Numbered from the stretch's first letter, positions 29,959 to 39,896 are shown. The stretch is 64,000 bases of DNA from Verrucomicrobiota bacterium (GCA_039798785.1 JBDKFG010000008.1:32001-96000); one strand, 5' to 3'. Made by a program: numbers and translations. Notes: generated by a model not told the origin, from the letters alone.

Positions 29959-32105
29959 AGCCGTCTGAAAGGGGAGGCGGCTCTTCGCTCGCCGCCGCCG
30001 ACACGAAGCTGCTGGGCGCCGAGCTGCTCCTGGGAGCCTTGGCCTTGATTCCGGCGCTGATCTTCTGCCAGCCCCGCTGGCCGGTGCTGCTGATCGCGGC
30101 GATCTTCGGCGCCTGCCTGATTTTCCGCCGCCGCTTCCTCGGCCGCCAGGTGCTGGGCCCCTTGGACGAGCTCGCCCGGCGCCTCGACGCCCGCCTCCGG
30201 CGGGAGGACCGGGCCGAACAAGGCCAGCTGCCGGCCGAGCTGATGGCCGTCGACCGCCATTGCGCCGAGCTTTTCGCCGGCATACTCGCCCAGGAGCAGC
30301 AGGTCGCAGACGCCCATGGCCGGGCCGAGGAAGGCCAGATGCAGGCGGCGATCAAGGCCGGGGTGATGCGCGAACTGGTCAGCGGCGACTCATTCACGGA
30401 ACAGGTCCGCCGCGCCTTCCAGCGCCTCGCCCTGGCGGTCCCTTCCGGACACGAAGAGCGCTTCGCACTCTTCGTACCTCATCCCGACCTCGGCCTGGTG
30501 GCGGTGTGCGCCCCGGAGCAGCTCGATCCGGACGACGCCGCCGCCCTGCGCGAAGCGGCGCACAGCTGCCTCGACTTGCACCGCACCCTTTCAGGCTCGC
30601 GCTGGGAAGCCTTCCCGATCCACATCGCGAACGGCGAGCTGATCGGCGTCCTCTGTCACGGCGCCGGGCTCGGCCGCGAGCTCCTTCGCGACATCATCGA
30701 GATGGTCAGCCTCGCCCTCCTGGCGGAACAGCGCCGGCAGGAGTTGGAGACCGCCTGCCGGGCGGCGGAGGAGGCGACGCGGCTCAAGGCCGCCTTCCTG
30801 GCCAACATGAGCCACGAGATCCGGACGCCGATGAACGCCATCCTCGGCCATGCCCAGCTGCTCGAACGGAGCCAGTCCCTGCCCCCCGACCTGCAAAGCA
30901 GCGTCAGCTCGATCAGCCGCGCCGGCGAATGGCTGCTCCATCTGATCAACGACATTCTTGACTTGTCGAAGATCCAGGCGTCGAAGCTCCAGCTCGAACT
31001 CGCCGCCGTCAACCCCGCCAGCCTGGCCCGCGATGCCGCCGTGCTCTTCAAGCCCAGAGCGGCCGCCCAGAAGCTCAGCCTCGAGCTCGAACTGCCGCCC
31101 AGCTCGCCGCCCCTGCTCTGCGACCCCCGCCGCATTTCCCAGGTGCTGGCCAACCTCCTCAGCAATGCGGTGAAATTCACCGAGGAGGGCGGAATCAAAC
31201 TGAGGCTGAGCTCGAAGCTCGACGCCGCCGGCCTGGTCGCGGTCCGCATCGAGGTCGAAGACAGCGGCGTGGGCATCGCCGAGGCGGAGAAGGCATCCCT
31301 CTTCACCAAGTTCGAACAGGGCAGTGCCGGCCGCAGCCGGGGCGGCACCGGCCTCGGCCTGGCGATCTCCCGCGAGATCGCCAGGATGCACATGGGCGAT
31401 CTCAGCTACGAGCCCGCCCCGGGACGCGGCAGCCGGTTCATCTTTGAATTCCGGGGCAAACCCGCCCCTCCTCCGTCCGCGACTCCCGAACGCCGCCGCC
31501 GCCGCGCCATGCCGGGCAGCGGCTTCCGCATCATCGCCATCGACGACAACAGCGCCAACCTCGAGCTCCTCCAAGCGATCTGCCGCCAAGAAGGCATTCT
31601 ATTGCGCAGCTTCGACTCCGCCCGCCCCGCCCTCGAGGCGATCATCGCCGATCCACCCCAGTTGATCGTCACCGATATCGTCATGCCTGATCTCGATGGC
31701 TTCAGCTTTCTCCAGCTCCTGCGGGAACGCCTGCCGGAACACCCCCCGGTGATCGCCGCCAGCGCCTCGGTCGATGCCGACGCCATCGCGCGCATCCGAC
31801 AGGGACCTTTCGCGGGATTCCTCAACAAACCCCTCGATATAAACCTCTTTCTCCAAGCCTGCGCCGAGCACGGCCTTCCCCTCGCCGATGCCGACGAGGA
31901 GACGGCGAACACCGGCTCGCTGCAAGAGGAGATCGACAGCCTCGGCCCCGACGAACGGCGTCAGCTCGCCGCCGAGCTCGCCCGCGGCGACTTGCGGGCG
32001 ATGCGGCGGCTCTGCTGCGACGGCCGCCTCCCCATCCTCCTTCGGACCATCGATGACTGCGAGCTCAACCTGATCTCCAGCTGCCTCGAATCGCCGCCCG
32101 GATGA
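29955..32105 (+). CDS. Hybrid sensor histidine kinase/response regulator
   Basis: Two TM helices; FLANMSHEIRTPMN H-box, NAVKFT, EDSGVGI, GGTGLGLAI; receiver IDDN...TDIVMP...NKP. Confidence 0.93.
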   Translation: MKPSERGGGSSLAAADTKLLGAELLLGALALIPALIFCQPRWPVLLIAAIFGACLIFRRRFLGRQVLGPLDELARRLDARLRREDRAEQGQLPAELMAVDRHCAELFAGILAQEQQVADAHGRAEEGQMQAAIKAGVMRELVSGDSFTEQVRRAFQRLALAVPSGHEERFALFVPHPDLGLVAVCAPEQLDPDDAAALREAAHSCLDLHRTLSGSRWEAFPIHIANGELIGVLCHGAGLGRELLRDIIEMVSLALLAEQRRQELETACRAAEEATRLKAAFLANMSHEIRTPMNAILGHAQLLERSQSLPPDLQSSVSSISRAGEWLLHLINDILDLSKIQASKLQLELAAVNPASLARDAAVLFKPRAAAQKLSLELELPPSSPPLLCDPRRISQVLANLLSNAVKFTEEGGIKLRLSSKLDAAGLVAVRIEVEDSGVGIAEAEKASLFTKFEQGSAGRSRGGTGLGLAISREIARMHMGDLSYEPAPGRGSRFIFEFRGKPAPPPSATPERRRRRAMPGSGFRIIAIDDNSANLELLQAICRQEGILLRSFDSARPALEAIIADPPQLIVTDIVMPDLDGFSFLQLLRERLPEHPPVIAASASVDADAIARIRQGPFAGFLNKPLDINLFLQACAEHGLPLADADEETANTGSLQEEIDSLGPDERRQLAAELARGDLRAMRRLCCDGRLPILLRTIDDCELNLISSCLESPPG

Positions 32106-32188
32106 ACGGAAGCTTTTCCCTGCCCGGCCCGAGCCAAGGCGGAATCGCCGGGTAATTTGCGGCAAACGCACTCTTACCAGGACCAGTC

Positions 32189-32716
32189 ATGAAATTCCTC
32201 CGCCTCATCCTTTGCTCCTTCGCCATCCTGGCGACCGGCTGCTCAGGACCCCGCGTCGTCGTCCTCGATCCCCAGCAAATGGAGCTCCGCACCGACCGTT
32301 ACATCTGGACCGTGTCGAAGGCCAGCGGCTGCATCAGTTCTCTCGACAAGGTGGAGAAAGCCTGGTGGCTGCCCTGGGCCGAGGAGACCAGGGAGCGCCT
32401 CCACTCCGCCATCCCGGAGGAATACCCGGCCCCCGCTCAAAGCGTCCTCAACCACGACCAGAGTTCCCTGACCCTGACCGCCGCGGCGCCGCAGCTGGCT
32501 TGGAAGTTCTCGCGCACCTACACGCTCGATGACGACGGCACCCTCCAAGTCCAGTGCAACCTCAACAACCGCAGCGACGAAGATCTCCCCTGGAACTGGC
32601 GGCTTCGACTGCCTTTCCCCCTCGAGGGCGGCTACACCCAGGATGTGCCCGCCCCGCGCCTCGTCCGCGCCGGAGAAAGCGCCGCCTGGCATTTCTCCCT
32701 CAAACCCCAGGAGTAA
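32189..32716 (+). CDS. Hypothetical lipoprotein
   Basis: MKFLRLILCSFAILATGC lipobox; coding-like codon usage. Confidence 0.65.
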   Translation: MKFLRLILCSFAILATGCSGPRVVVLDPQQMELRTDRYIWTVSKASGCISSLDKVEKAWWLPWAEETRERLHSAIPEEYPAPAQSVLNHDQSSLTLTAAAPQLAWKFSRTYTLDDDGTLQVQCNLNNRSDEDLPWNWRLRLPFPLEGGYTQDVPAPRLVRAGESAAWHFSLKPQE

Positions 32717-32719
32717 AAC

Positions 32720-33547
32720 ATGCTCAGTCTCCTTCCTCTCTTGACCGCCGTCAGCACCGGCGGCGACGCCATCCCGCCCCGGCAAGAGACCGAAGCCTGG
32801 ACCCAGAGGATGATGCCGGTGGTGCAGCAGACCTGCATGAACAACGCCAACACCATGCTCGGAGCGATGTCGCTGCTCAGCTCAGGAAGGCAGGCCGGCG
32901 ACTGGTTCCAGAATCCCGAGCTCAGCCTCGACAGCAGCTATTCGCGCCAGCGCTTCGACGGCATCGGCAGCGGCTACACTTTCAGCAACCGCCTCGGCTT
33001 GAGCAGCGAAGTCGGTAGCGGCACCCTCCTCGGTGGCGGCGTCACCCAGTCCCGCAGCACCCCCGGCGATGAAACCGAAAGCCTTGGCGGCGACCTCTTC
33101 GTCCACCAGGAAATCGATGAACATTATGGATTTGCCGCCTTCATCCTCGCCGACCAGGTCGACATCCCCGCGCGCGGCAAGGATACTGGAATCCTCGGCG
33201 CCGGCCTTTCCTTCACCAGCTTCCACGATCTCGGCGGCGGCTTCGATTTCTCCAGCATCCACACCCTGTCTTGGATCGATTACGAGCTCAACGCCGGATT
33301 GATGGGCATGAGCACCGGACGCCTGGCCTACAGCTGGAGCGAGTCCCTGGAAAGCAGCCTCTTCGGCACGCTCTTCCACGATTTCGGCCCGGATGTCGGC
33401 CAGGACAACACCTGGTTCGACGTCGGTGTCGATTGCGACTGGATGATCAGCGACAGCTTCAGCCTCGGCCTCAGCTACAGCCGCAAGGTCCGCCTCGAAG
33501 ACGTCAGCAGCCACTGCTACGGCATGCGCCTGGTCTGGGCCTTCTGA
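32720..33547 (+). CDS. Putative outer-membrane beta-barrel protein (autotransporter-beta-like)
   Basis: Alternating amphipathic strands, C-terminal YGMRLVWAF ending in Phe; RBS AGGAG. Confidence 0.6.
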   Translation: MLSLLPLLTAVSTGGDAIPPRQETEAWTQRMMPVVQQTCMNNANTMLGAMSLLSSGRQAGDWFQNPELSLDSSYSRQRFDGIGSGYTFSNRLGLSSEVGSGTLLGGGVTQSRSTPGDETESLGGDLFVHQEIDEHYGFAAFILADQVDIPARGKDTGILGAGLSFTSFHDLGGGFDFSSIHTLSWIDYELNAGLMGMSTGRLAYSWSESLESSLFGTLFHDFGPDVGQDNTWFDVGVDCDWMISDSFSLGLSYSRKVRLEDVSSHCYGMRLVWAF

Positions 33548-33580
33548 GGCCGCCGCCCGGCTTGGCCAAGACTAGGCTGC

Positions 33581-34474
33581 CTAAGGCCGCTTCGGCGGGA
33601 GAATTTCCAGGTTGCCTTTGAAAACCCAGCCCTGAAGAGGCGCCCGGATCTCTTGCCGGCCACGAATGGTGAAAATCTGCATCGTCACGGCTTCCCGGCT
33701 GATCACGTAGGCCAGGGTCCATTCGCCCTCGGGCAACTTCACTTTCTGCTCCTTCATCACCAGGAATCGCGCTTGCAAATCATGCGCTTCAAAAAGGGGC
33801 GCCACGCGCCTGGGCTGCAGCAGCAAGCCCGCGATCTCCTCAGGCGTGTAGATTTTCCTGCCTTGCGGCAAAGCCGAAGGGCAAAACCAGGTCTCTCCAG
33901 TCAATCTGGCCTGTCCGAGAGGACGGGGATACTTGCGGAATTGCTCCGCCTGCCCCGCCTGCAGATAGACGGCGCAGTCCCTGTCGCATCGCCTCCTCAA
34001 AGCGGCTAACTTGTCGACGACATCAGTCTGGTCGACCGAGATGGTCGGCACAGCCCTGCGCCCCTGCAAAGCCAAGGAAGCGCGGTATTCCAATATCAGC
34101 GCCTGCATCTGCTGCTTGTAGCTCGCCACGCCGGCCAGCGGCTCCGCTTTGATCAATTGGCTCAAAGCTTCGGGCTTCAGACGGGCGACCTGCTCCTCAA
34201 GATGCATCATTTTGCGCGGCAGCTGCTTATACTTAACCTTCATATACAGGCCCAAATACAGCCGCTCCAGATAATATTGGCAGTCGCAGACATAGAGAGT
34301 GTGAGGATCAAGCCGGACACCGGATTCGTTGGCGATCTGTCCCGGCGCCAGTTCAGGCAGATCGAATTTCATCTGCACATCGGTGACGATCGTCGACGCC
34401 GGAGCCTCCCCTGGTGCGACAGCAGCCGGGGCCGGGGCCTGCCACAAGCAGAGCGTTAGCAGGGCCTCAATCAT
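33581..34474 (-). CDS. Hypothetical exported protein
   Basis: Overlaps the upstream gene by ATGA; the C-terminus LQGWVFKGNLE resembles that of 34471..35787. Confidence 0.6.
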   Translation of the reverse strand: MIEALLTLCLWQAPAPAAVAPGEAPASTIVTDVQMKFDLPELAPGQIANESGVRLDPHTLYVCDCQYYLERLYLGLYMKVKYKQLPRKMMHLEEQVARLKPEALSQLIKAEPLAGVASYKQQMQALILEYRASLALQGRRAVPTISVDQTDVVDKLAALRRRCDRDCAVYLQAGQAEQFRKYPRPLGQARLTGETWFCPSALPQGRKIYTPEEIAGLLLQPRRVAPLFEAHDLQARFLVMKEQKVKLPEGEWTLAYVISREAVTMQIFTIRGRQEIRAPLQGWVFKGNLEILPPKRP

Positions 34475-35787
34475 TTGGCCTCAAGGTCAGTTTCCAAGAC
34501 CCATCCATAACAATAACAATTCTCCGCCACTCGCCTTTTAGTCTCCACTGCTTTATTGGACTTTAACTGATAGGCATACACGGGCTGCGGCAAGGCGGTG
34601 CGCACCATACAAATCGTCACATTTTCTTTGCCGGCTAAAATCTGCCGTTTGTCAATCACTTTCAATTCACAGCCCTTGCTGAATCCCACGACTTCACAAT
34701 TCTCAAAGGCGTGACCTTTTAAAAATTCACCCGGCAATTTGCTGGCAATTTTCTCACCCAATCTATATTTCTGCAGGGTTTTAACTATATTCAATGTCGC
34801 CTCACTCTCAATCTTCTGCCTCAACTTAATCTCCGCGGCAGTTTCATCACTATACATGATCGGCAACACCCTCTTCCCGTAAATCATGCCATTGTAAGCA
34901 TGGCAATAATTACTCGGATACATAACTATAAAATCATTTTTGGGAGCCCATTTTTCAAAAGGCAGGGGGAACTCCATTTGGCTATGCGCAATGCCATTGG
35001 TCGCTATCCACGGCGTCTGATCAATTGTTAACCGAGGGTTATTCCCTCTGTTTTCACGCACTCTCACAACAACATGCCTGGACATAGTGTAATCATAAGA
35101 TTGATGAGCGTGGCTTCTAAAGGGCGTGTACATGGAATGAAGATCACTAGCAATTTTCTTCATTGCCAAACGTTCTTTAAGAAGCTCCTCCCCATCTTCC
35201 AGTTTTTTATCAAACAGGTCAAATGATTCCTTTTTTCGAATAATCATTTGATGGCTTCGCATCTCCAAATACTTTTTACCGAATAATTCACAATAGCAAA
35301 TGAACCTAATAAATTCTGGATTCTCTTTGTAGACATCACCTTTTTTATAATCAATAAGTCGTCTTTCATACGGCGTTATTTTATCTGGTTGCTCAATCGA
35401 TTTTTTTCCGGCATCCAGAACAATTTGCAGCCACTTCGTTTTTTCTTTTTCAATTTTGATTTTATCTTTTTCACACGTCGCCAAATCGATTTTTTTAAGA
35501 TCCAATCTACCAGTACCCCAAGGAACACTGTAATAACCCAGCTTCAGGACCTTGGCATAAACTAGCATATTCACCACATAAGCAGATTCAAGATCATAAG
35601 GCAAGCCGTTCGCATCAATAAATCTACCCTCCTTGACGGGATGCTCGGCGAAGGCATAAGCCGGCAAGGTCCATGCTTCTTCCACTTGCCCCTTCACCAG
35701 CGGCGGCGCTGGAGGTGCTGCCGGCGGCTCGGGGAGCTTCAAGCAAAACGAGCTGCACAGGGCGATGACAAGGGCGAAAGAAGTCAC
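34471..35787 (-). CDS. Hypothetical exported protein with an AT-rich body
   Basis: 438-aa ORF with a GTG start, signal-like and Pro-rich GC-rich N-terminus, then AT-rich coding sequence; ends YGWVLETDLEAK. Confidence 0.65.
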   Translation of the reverse strand: MTSFALVIALCSSFCLKLPEPPAAPPAPPLVKGQVEEAWTLPAYAFAEHPVKEGRFIDANGLPYDLESAYVVNMLVYAKVLKLGYYSVPWGTGRLDLKKIDLATCEKDKIKIEKEKTKWLQIVLDAGKKSIEQPDKITPYERRLIDYKKGDVYKENPEFIRFICYCELFGKKYLEMRSHQMIIRKKESFDLFDKKLEDGEELLKERLAMKKIASDLHSMYTPFRSHAHQSYDYTMSRHVVVRVRENRGNNPRLTIDQTPWIATNGIAHSQMEFPLPFEKWAPKNDFIVMYPSNYCHAYNGMIYGKRVLPIMYSDETAAEIKLRQKIESEATLNIVKTLQKYRLGEKIASKLPGEFLKGHAFENCEVVGFSKGCELKVIDKRQILAGKENVTICMVRTALPQPVYAYQLKSNKAVETKRRVAENCYCYGWVLETDLEAK

Positions 35788-35946
35788 GGGGGGATTCCAT
35801 TGCTGTTTCAGATCTATTTGTTAAGAACGGTAAGAATTTCAATGGCTTGGAGGCCACGTCAAGGCCTCTGCTGAAGATTTCCGCCCTTCAACCGCTTTTC
35901 AATTTTAAGCCCTTGATGCCAATCGGCAAAGAAGGCGGAATCTCAT

Positions 35947-35963
35947 CTGGCATGGAGTCTGCG
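35947..35963 (+). promoter_or_regulatory. Putative sigma54 (-24/-12) promoter
   Basis: CTGGCATGGAGTCTGCG: TGGCA with GG-N10-GC spacing, about 40 nt upstream of the maf ATG. Confidence 0.4.
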
Positions 35964-36001
35964 CGGCCTTAGTTGCCCCCTTCATTCAATCCGAGGAATC
36001 C

Positions 36002-37780
36002 ATGAGTCCGAGCGATAGCTATCGACAACGCTTGCAAGGCCTGGCCTCGCCACAGAGCCTTGACCGCACCGCGGCGGCATCGGGCTCCCCCCTCCTGCCC
36101 TGCCCTCAAGACCCGGCCATCCTCGCCTGCCGGGATGAAGAAGGTCGCGCCTTGCCGCTGCATTCCCTTCGCGATCCCCGGCGGGAAGCCGAGGCCCAGG
36201 CGGAAGCCGTCCTGGCGGACCTGAGCCTCGAGCAGCCCCTCTTCCTTCTGGTCGTCGGCATCGCCTCCGGCTTCCATCTCACCAGCCTCGTCCGCCGCCT
36301 TCCCGCCGGCTCGACCCTGGTCGCTGTCGACGGCGACGCCGCCGTGCTGCGACTGCTCGACGACACTGGATTGCGGCAGGGGGGCATCGCCCTGCGTCTG
36401 ATCGCCGGCTCCGATCTCGATGCCGTGGCGATCGAATACAAGGAGTGCCTGCGGCGGGTCGGACGCATCCCCGACGCGGTTTTCCTCCACCCCGCCAGCC
36501 GCCGCCTCTGTCCCGGCTTCGACTCCTGGGTCGAGCGCTTGCGGATCGAGACCCGCAGCGACGCGATGGACCAGATCACCGTCGCGTCCTTCGCCGAGGA
36601 ATGGATCCAGAACGGCATCCTCAATCTGCGGCAGATCTGTGCCAATCCCGGAGTCCCTTCGCTGCGGAAGATTTTTTCCGGCCGGGCGGCTTTCGTCCTC
36701 TGCGCCGGCCCCAGCCTTCAAGAGTCGCTGCCCTTCATCGCCTCGCTTCAGGACCGGGCCCTGATCATCGCCGTCGGCACCGCGTTGGCGCCAGCCCTGC
36801 GCGCCGGCATCCGTCCGCACTTGACCATCGCCGTCGATTCCGACCCCAAGGTGTACCTGCAGTTCCAGCGCGCCCTTCCCGAGCTCCCCGGCTATCTCGT
36901 CGCCTCACAAGCGCTATTCCCGCCGATTCTCGACCTGTACCCAGGCCGTCTCTTCACCTTCGGCTCCGGCTCACTGCCGGAATTCAGCGCCTGGCTGGCC
37001 CGCCGCGGCCACGATTGCGGCGGTCTCAACACCGGCGGCACGGTGGCTCTCAGCGCCCTAGACCTGGCTTACTGGAGCGGCTGCAGCAGGGTCGCGGTCT
37101 TCGGCCTCGATCTTGCCTTCGCCGAGGATGGCACAACCCATGCGGCAGGCTCAATGTATGACCAGCAGCGGCTCCGCCGCGGCCTCGTCCGCATCCCTGG
37201 CAACTGGGAGCCGGACGTCCCCACCACCCGCCAATTCGCCACCTACGTGCAAATGCTCGAAAACTACCTCCAGCGCATGCCCGATTCCGCCTCCCTGACT
37301 ACTAGCGTCAGCAGCGGCGGCGCCCGCATCCGCGGCCTGTCAGTGCGGCGTCCGGCGGAATTCTTCGCCGCTTTCAGCGCCGAACCTTTCGATGCCCTGG
37401 CCGAGATCGCCGCGGCCCGAAGCCGCAGCCGGACGCCGCCGGCAGCGGTTTTCGCCGCCGCCTTGAAAGAAGTGCTCGCCGAGCTCGAGCAGCTCGGCGA
37501 CCTGGCCGACCAGGTGGAAAAACGCCTTGGACGTGCCCCCGGCGAGTTCCCAGAACTCCGCCGCCTCGAAAAGAAACTGCGCAAGTCGGAGGCTGCCGAA
37601 GCCTTTCTCTCACCGGTATTGCAACGCCTCATCCTCGGCATCGAACACCTGCCCAAGGATGAATTGACGACGCGCTTCCATCAGGCCGCCCGTTCGGCCA
37701 TCCATTGGATCCGGCAGCTGCTCGGACCCGTCAGCGGCTTCTTCACCCCCCAGGAGGACTCCTCATGTTCCCGAAAATGA
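36002..37780 (+). CDS. Motility-associated factor (Maf/DUF115) flagellin glycosyltransferase-like protein
   Basis: LHSLRDPRREAE, LCAGPSLQESL, GIRPHLTIAVD, GGTVA, FGLDLAF...THA; directly upstream of fliS. Confidence 0.82.
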   Translation: MSPSDSYRQRLQGLASPQSLDRTAAASGSPLLPCPQDPAILACRDEEGRALPLHSLRDPRREAEAQAEAVLADLSLEQPLFLLVVGIASGFHLTSLVRRLPAGSTLVAVDGDAAVLRLLDDTGLRQGGIALRLIAGSDLDAVAIEYKECLRRVGRIPDAVFLHPASRRLCPGFDSWVERLRIETRSDAMDQITVASFAEEWIQNGILNLRQICANPGVPSLRKIFSGRAAFVLCAGPSLQESLPFIASLQDRALIIAVGTALAPALRAGIRPHLTIAVDSDPKVYLQFQRALPELPGYLVASQALFPPILDLYPGRLFTFGSGSLPEFSAWLARRGHDCGGLNTGGTVALSALDLAYWSGCSRVAVFGLDLAFAEDGTTHAAGSMYDQQRLRRGLVRIPGNWEPDVPTTRQFATYVQMLENYLQRMPDSASLTTSVSSGGARIRGLSVRRPAEFFAAFSAEPFDALAEIAAARSRSRTPPAAVFAAALKEVLAELEQLGDLADQVEKRLGRAPGEFPELRRLEKKLRKSEAAEAFLSPVLQRLILGIEHLPKDELTTRFHQAARSAIHWIRQLLGPVSGFFTPQEDSSCSRK

Positions 37781-38163
37781 ACCCCTACCGGCAGTCACAG
37801 ATCTCCACCGCCAGCCCCGGGCAGCGCGTGGTGATGATGTACGAAGCTCTCTGCCGCGAACTGCACAAGGCGGAAGACGCCTGCATCAAGATCCCGGACG
37901 ACACTTCCCAGATCGAAGTCGCCCACAACGCCCTGGTCGCCAGCGACCGGATCATCACCGAACTGCGCGTCGCACTCGACATGGAACAGGGCGGCGAGCT
38001 GGCCAAGAGCCTCGAAGGTCTCTACGACTTCTGGATCCGCCACCTTTCCGACGCCAACCGATTCAAAGACCCCAAACGCGTCGCCGAAGTCCTCAAAATG
38101 GCTCAGGAGCTCCGCGAAACCTGGCGCGAAGCCGCCGCCAAGGCCCGCAACGGAGAGGTCTGA
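37765..38163 (+). CDS. fliS: Flagellar export chaperone FliS
   Basis: NPYRQSQISTASPGQRVVMMYE, IITELRVALDMEQGGELAKSLEGLYDF, ELRETW; RBS AGGAGG. Confidence 0.9.
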   Translation: MFPKMNPYRQSQISTASPGQRVVMMYEALCRELHKAEDACIKIPDDTSQIEVAHNALVASDRIITELRVALDMEQGGELAKSLEGLYDFWIRHLSDANRFKDPKRVAEVLKMAQELRETWREAAAKARNGEV

Positions 38164-38522
38164 TGGAAGAGGAATCCCAATCCGGCCGCGCCCGCCGCCT
38201 CTACCAAGAATGGGGCGAAAGCGCCCTGCCAGCACGCCTCGCCGCCGAAGCGCGCGACTGGGACGCCTTCCGCCGCGCCGCCGGCCGCGGCCGCACCGCC
38301 TTCAACACCGCCACCCAGAACGCCGAACCCGGCGAAGCCCCGAGCGAAGCCGCCGCCGCCGCCGCCGCCTGGGAAGAACTCCAGCCCCTCCTGGATTCCT
38401 GGAAGAACGCCATCTCCGCTGAACTCGAGCACACCCGCAAACGCCGCCGCACCGGCCAGGCCCTGCAAAAAGCCTACGGCAGCCCCAGCTCCGCAGGCTC
38501 CCAGATCGATACCAAGAATTGA
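38163..38522 (+). CDS. Small helical protein, FliT/FlgN-like by position
   Basis: Translationally coupled to fliS (TGATG); ends ALQKAYG...QIDTKN, like FliT/FlgN-type tails. Confidence 0.55.
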   Translation: MEEESQSGRARRLYQEWGESALPARLAAEARDWDAFRRAAGRGRTAFNTATQNAEPGEAPSEAAAAAAAWEELQPLLDSWKNAISAELEHTRKRRRTGQALQKAYGSPSSAGSQIDTKN

Positions 38523-38622
38523 GGCAGGACACAAAGACGCGGCGGAAGCCCGGCTGAGAAGGACGTATGAAAGCTGTCGCAGCGCCGCAAGCTCCCTTAA
38601 AACCGCTTAAACCGAGGCCCCC

Positions 38623-38910
38623 ATGCCTGACCCGAAGAACAGTCCTTCCACCCATGTCGTCGGCGGCCGCATCGATCGCACCGTCAGCTCTCCCTCGCCT
38701 CTGCTCGGCAAGCGCATCGTCAAAGCCAAGGATCTTTCGGTGTCGACACGCAGCGTCGTCGTCGGCGGCGACGGCCCGGGCGACAAAGTCAGCCTGCCAG
38801 CGATCTTAATCGAGAAGGATGACGGCCGGATCGTCAGGATCTCGGTGAAATGTCCCTGCGGACGCAACTGCGAGCTGGTTCTCGAGGAGGAACCCCATGA
38901 TCAAAATTAA
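38623..38910 (+). CDS. Small hypothetical protein with C-terminal CxCG
   Basis: RIVRISVKCPCGRNCEL; GAGG RBS; overlaps the next gene. Confidence 0.6.
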   Translation: MPDPKNSPSTHVVGGRIDRTVSSPSPLLGKRIVKAKDLSVSTRSVVVGGDGPGDKVSLPAILIEKDDGRIVRISVKCPCGRNCELVLEEEPHDQN

Positions 38911-39538
38911 GACCTTACTGGCCCTGCTGCTTCTGCTTGGTCTCTGCGGCTGCCCCAGCGCCGCAGTGGGGACGCGGCTGCAGGAGCGCACCCTCGTCCT
39001 GCCGATCTCCGGACCGGACCGCGCCGCCGCCGAGGCCCTCGCCGGCAACCTCGTCACCACACTGACGCGGATCGGCTACGACGCCATCGACGTCCGTCTC
39101 AGCCATGCAGCCAGCACCCTCGCCAAACCCGAGTCCATCCGTCCCGACGGCGAAATCGAGCCCGGCGAAATCGCCCGCGTGGCGCAACTGCTCGAAGCCA
39201 GCGACGCCATCACCGTCACCATGCAGGAATACGTCCCCTGGAAGCCGATGCGTGCCACCCTCCGCCTCGCCTGGCTCGACACCCGCGACGGACAGTGCCG
39301 CCGCCAGGAATCCGCACTCAGCGTCGACCTCAACAACCCTGGCGAGGCGCTCGCCTTCAACCGTTTTCACAACGGCGGCATCCCGGCGACTCCCGAATCC
39401 CACAAGACCGCCAGCGCCCAGCTCTCCCCCGCCGCCTTCAACCTCTATCTCGCCGAAAGAGCCGCACTTGAATTGCAAAGACTGCAGCAAATTTCGAGAT
39501 CTGGCCTTAAACTTGCAAAGGAGAATGTCGAAAGATGA
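38897..39538 (+). CDS. Hypothetical lipoprotein
   Basis: MIKIKTLLALLLLLGLCGC lipobox; RBS GAGGAGG. Confidence 0.65.
   Translation: MIKIKTLLALLLLLGLCGCPSAAVGTRLQERTLVLPISGPDRAAAEALAGNLVTTLTRIGYDAIDVRLSHAASTLAKPESIRPDGEIEPGEIARVAQLLEASDAITVTMQEYVPWKPMRATLRLAWLDTRDGQCRRQESALSVDLNNPGEALAFNRFHNGGIPATPESHKTASAQLSPAAFNLYLAERAALELQRLQQISRSGLKLAKENVER
39508..39534 (+). promoter_or_regulatory. Putative sigma28 (FliA) promoter
   Basis: TAAA-N15-GTCGAAAG versus consensus TAAA-N15-GCCGATAA, upstream of the flgM-like gene. Confidence 0.55.
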
Positions 39539-39605
39539 AGCCCAGAGAGGTGGGACTCTCGACACCGCCGAAGGATCGGCCAACCTTTTAACCCCCAGTC
39601 ACACC

Positions 39606-39896
39606 ATGCGCATCGATTCCAACAGCTCCGCCAACCTTCCCGCAGCTTCGGCCAGCCCCCGCAAGGCGCTTGCCGGCTACGTCCAGGCCGGCACCGGCAA
39701 AAACCCTCCCTCCCTCGACCTTTCCCTCTCCGACAATTCGCGTCGCCTCCACAGCGCCGTGCGCCAGTTCGACCAGGAAGAAGATTCCGTCCGGGCCGAC
39801 AAGATCGCCGCCGCCAAGGAAGCCTTGGCCAACTGGAAACCGCTCAACGATCAGAGCGTCGACCGGATCATGCAGCGCCTGAGTTCAGAAATCTGA
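39606..39896 (+). CDS. flgM: Anti-sigma28 factor FlgM-like protein
   Basis: 96 aa; MRID start, LSLSDNSRRL, VRADKIAAAKEAL.....VDRIM pattern; flagellar context. Confidence 0.6.
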   Translation: MRIDSNSSANLPAASASPRKALAGYVQAGTGKNPPSLDLSLSDNSRRLHSAVRQFDQEEDSVRADKIAAAKEALANWKPLNDQSVDRIMQRLSSEI

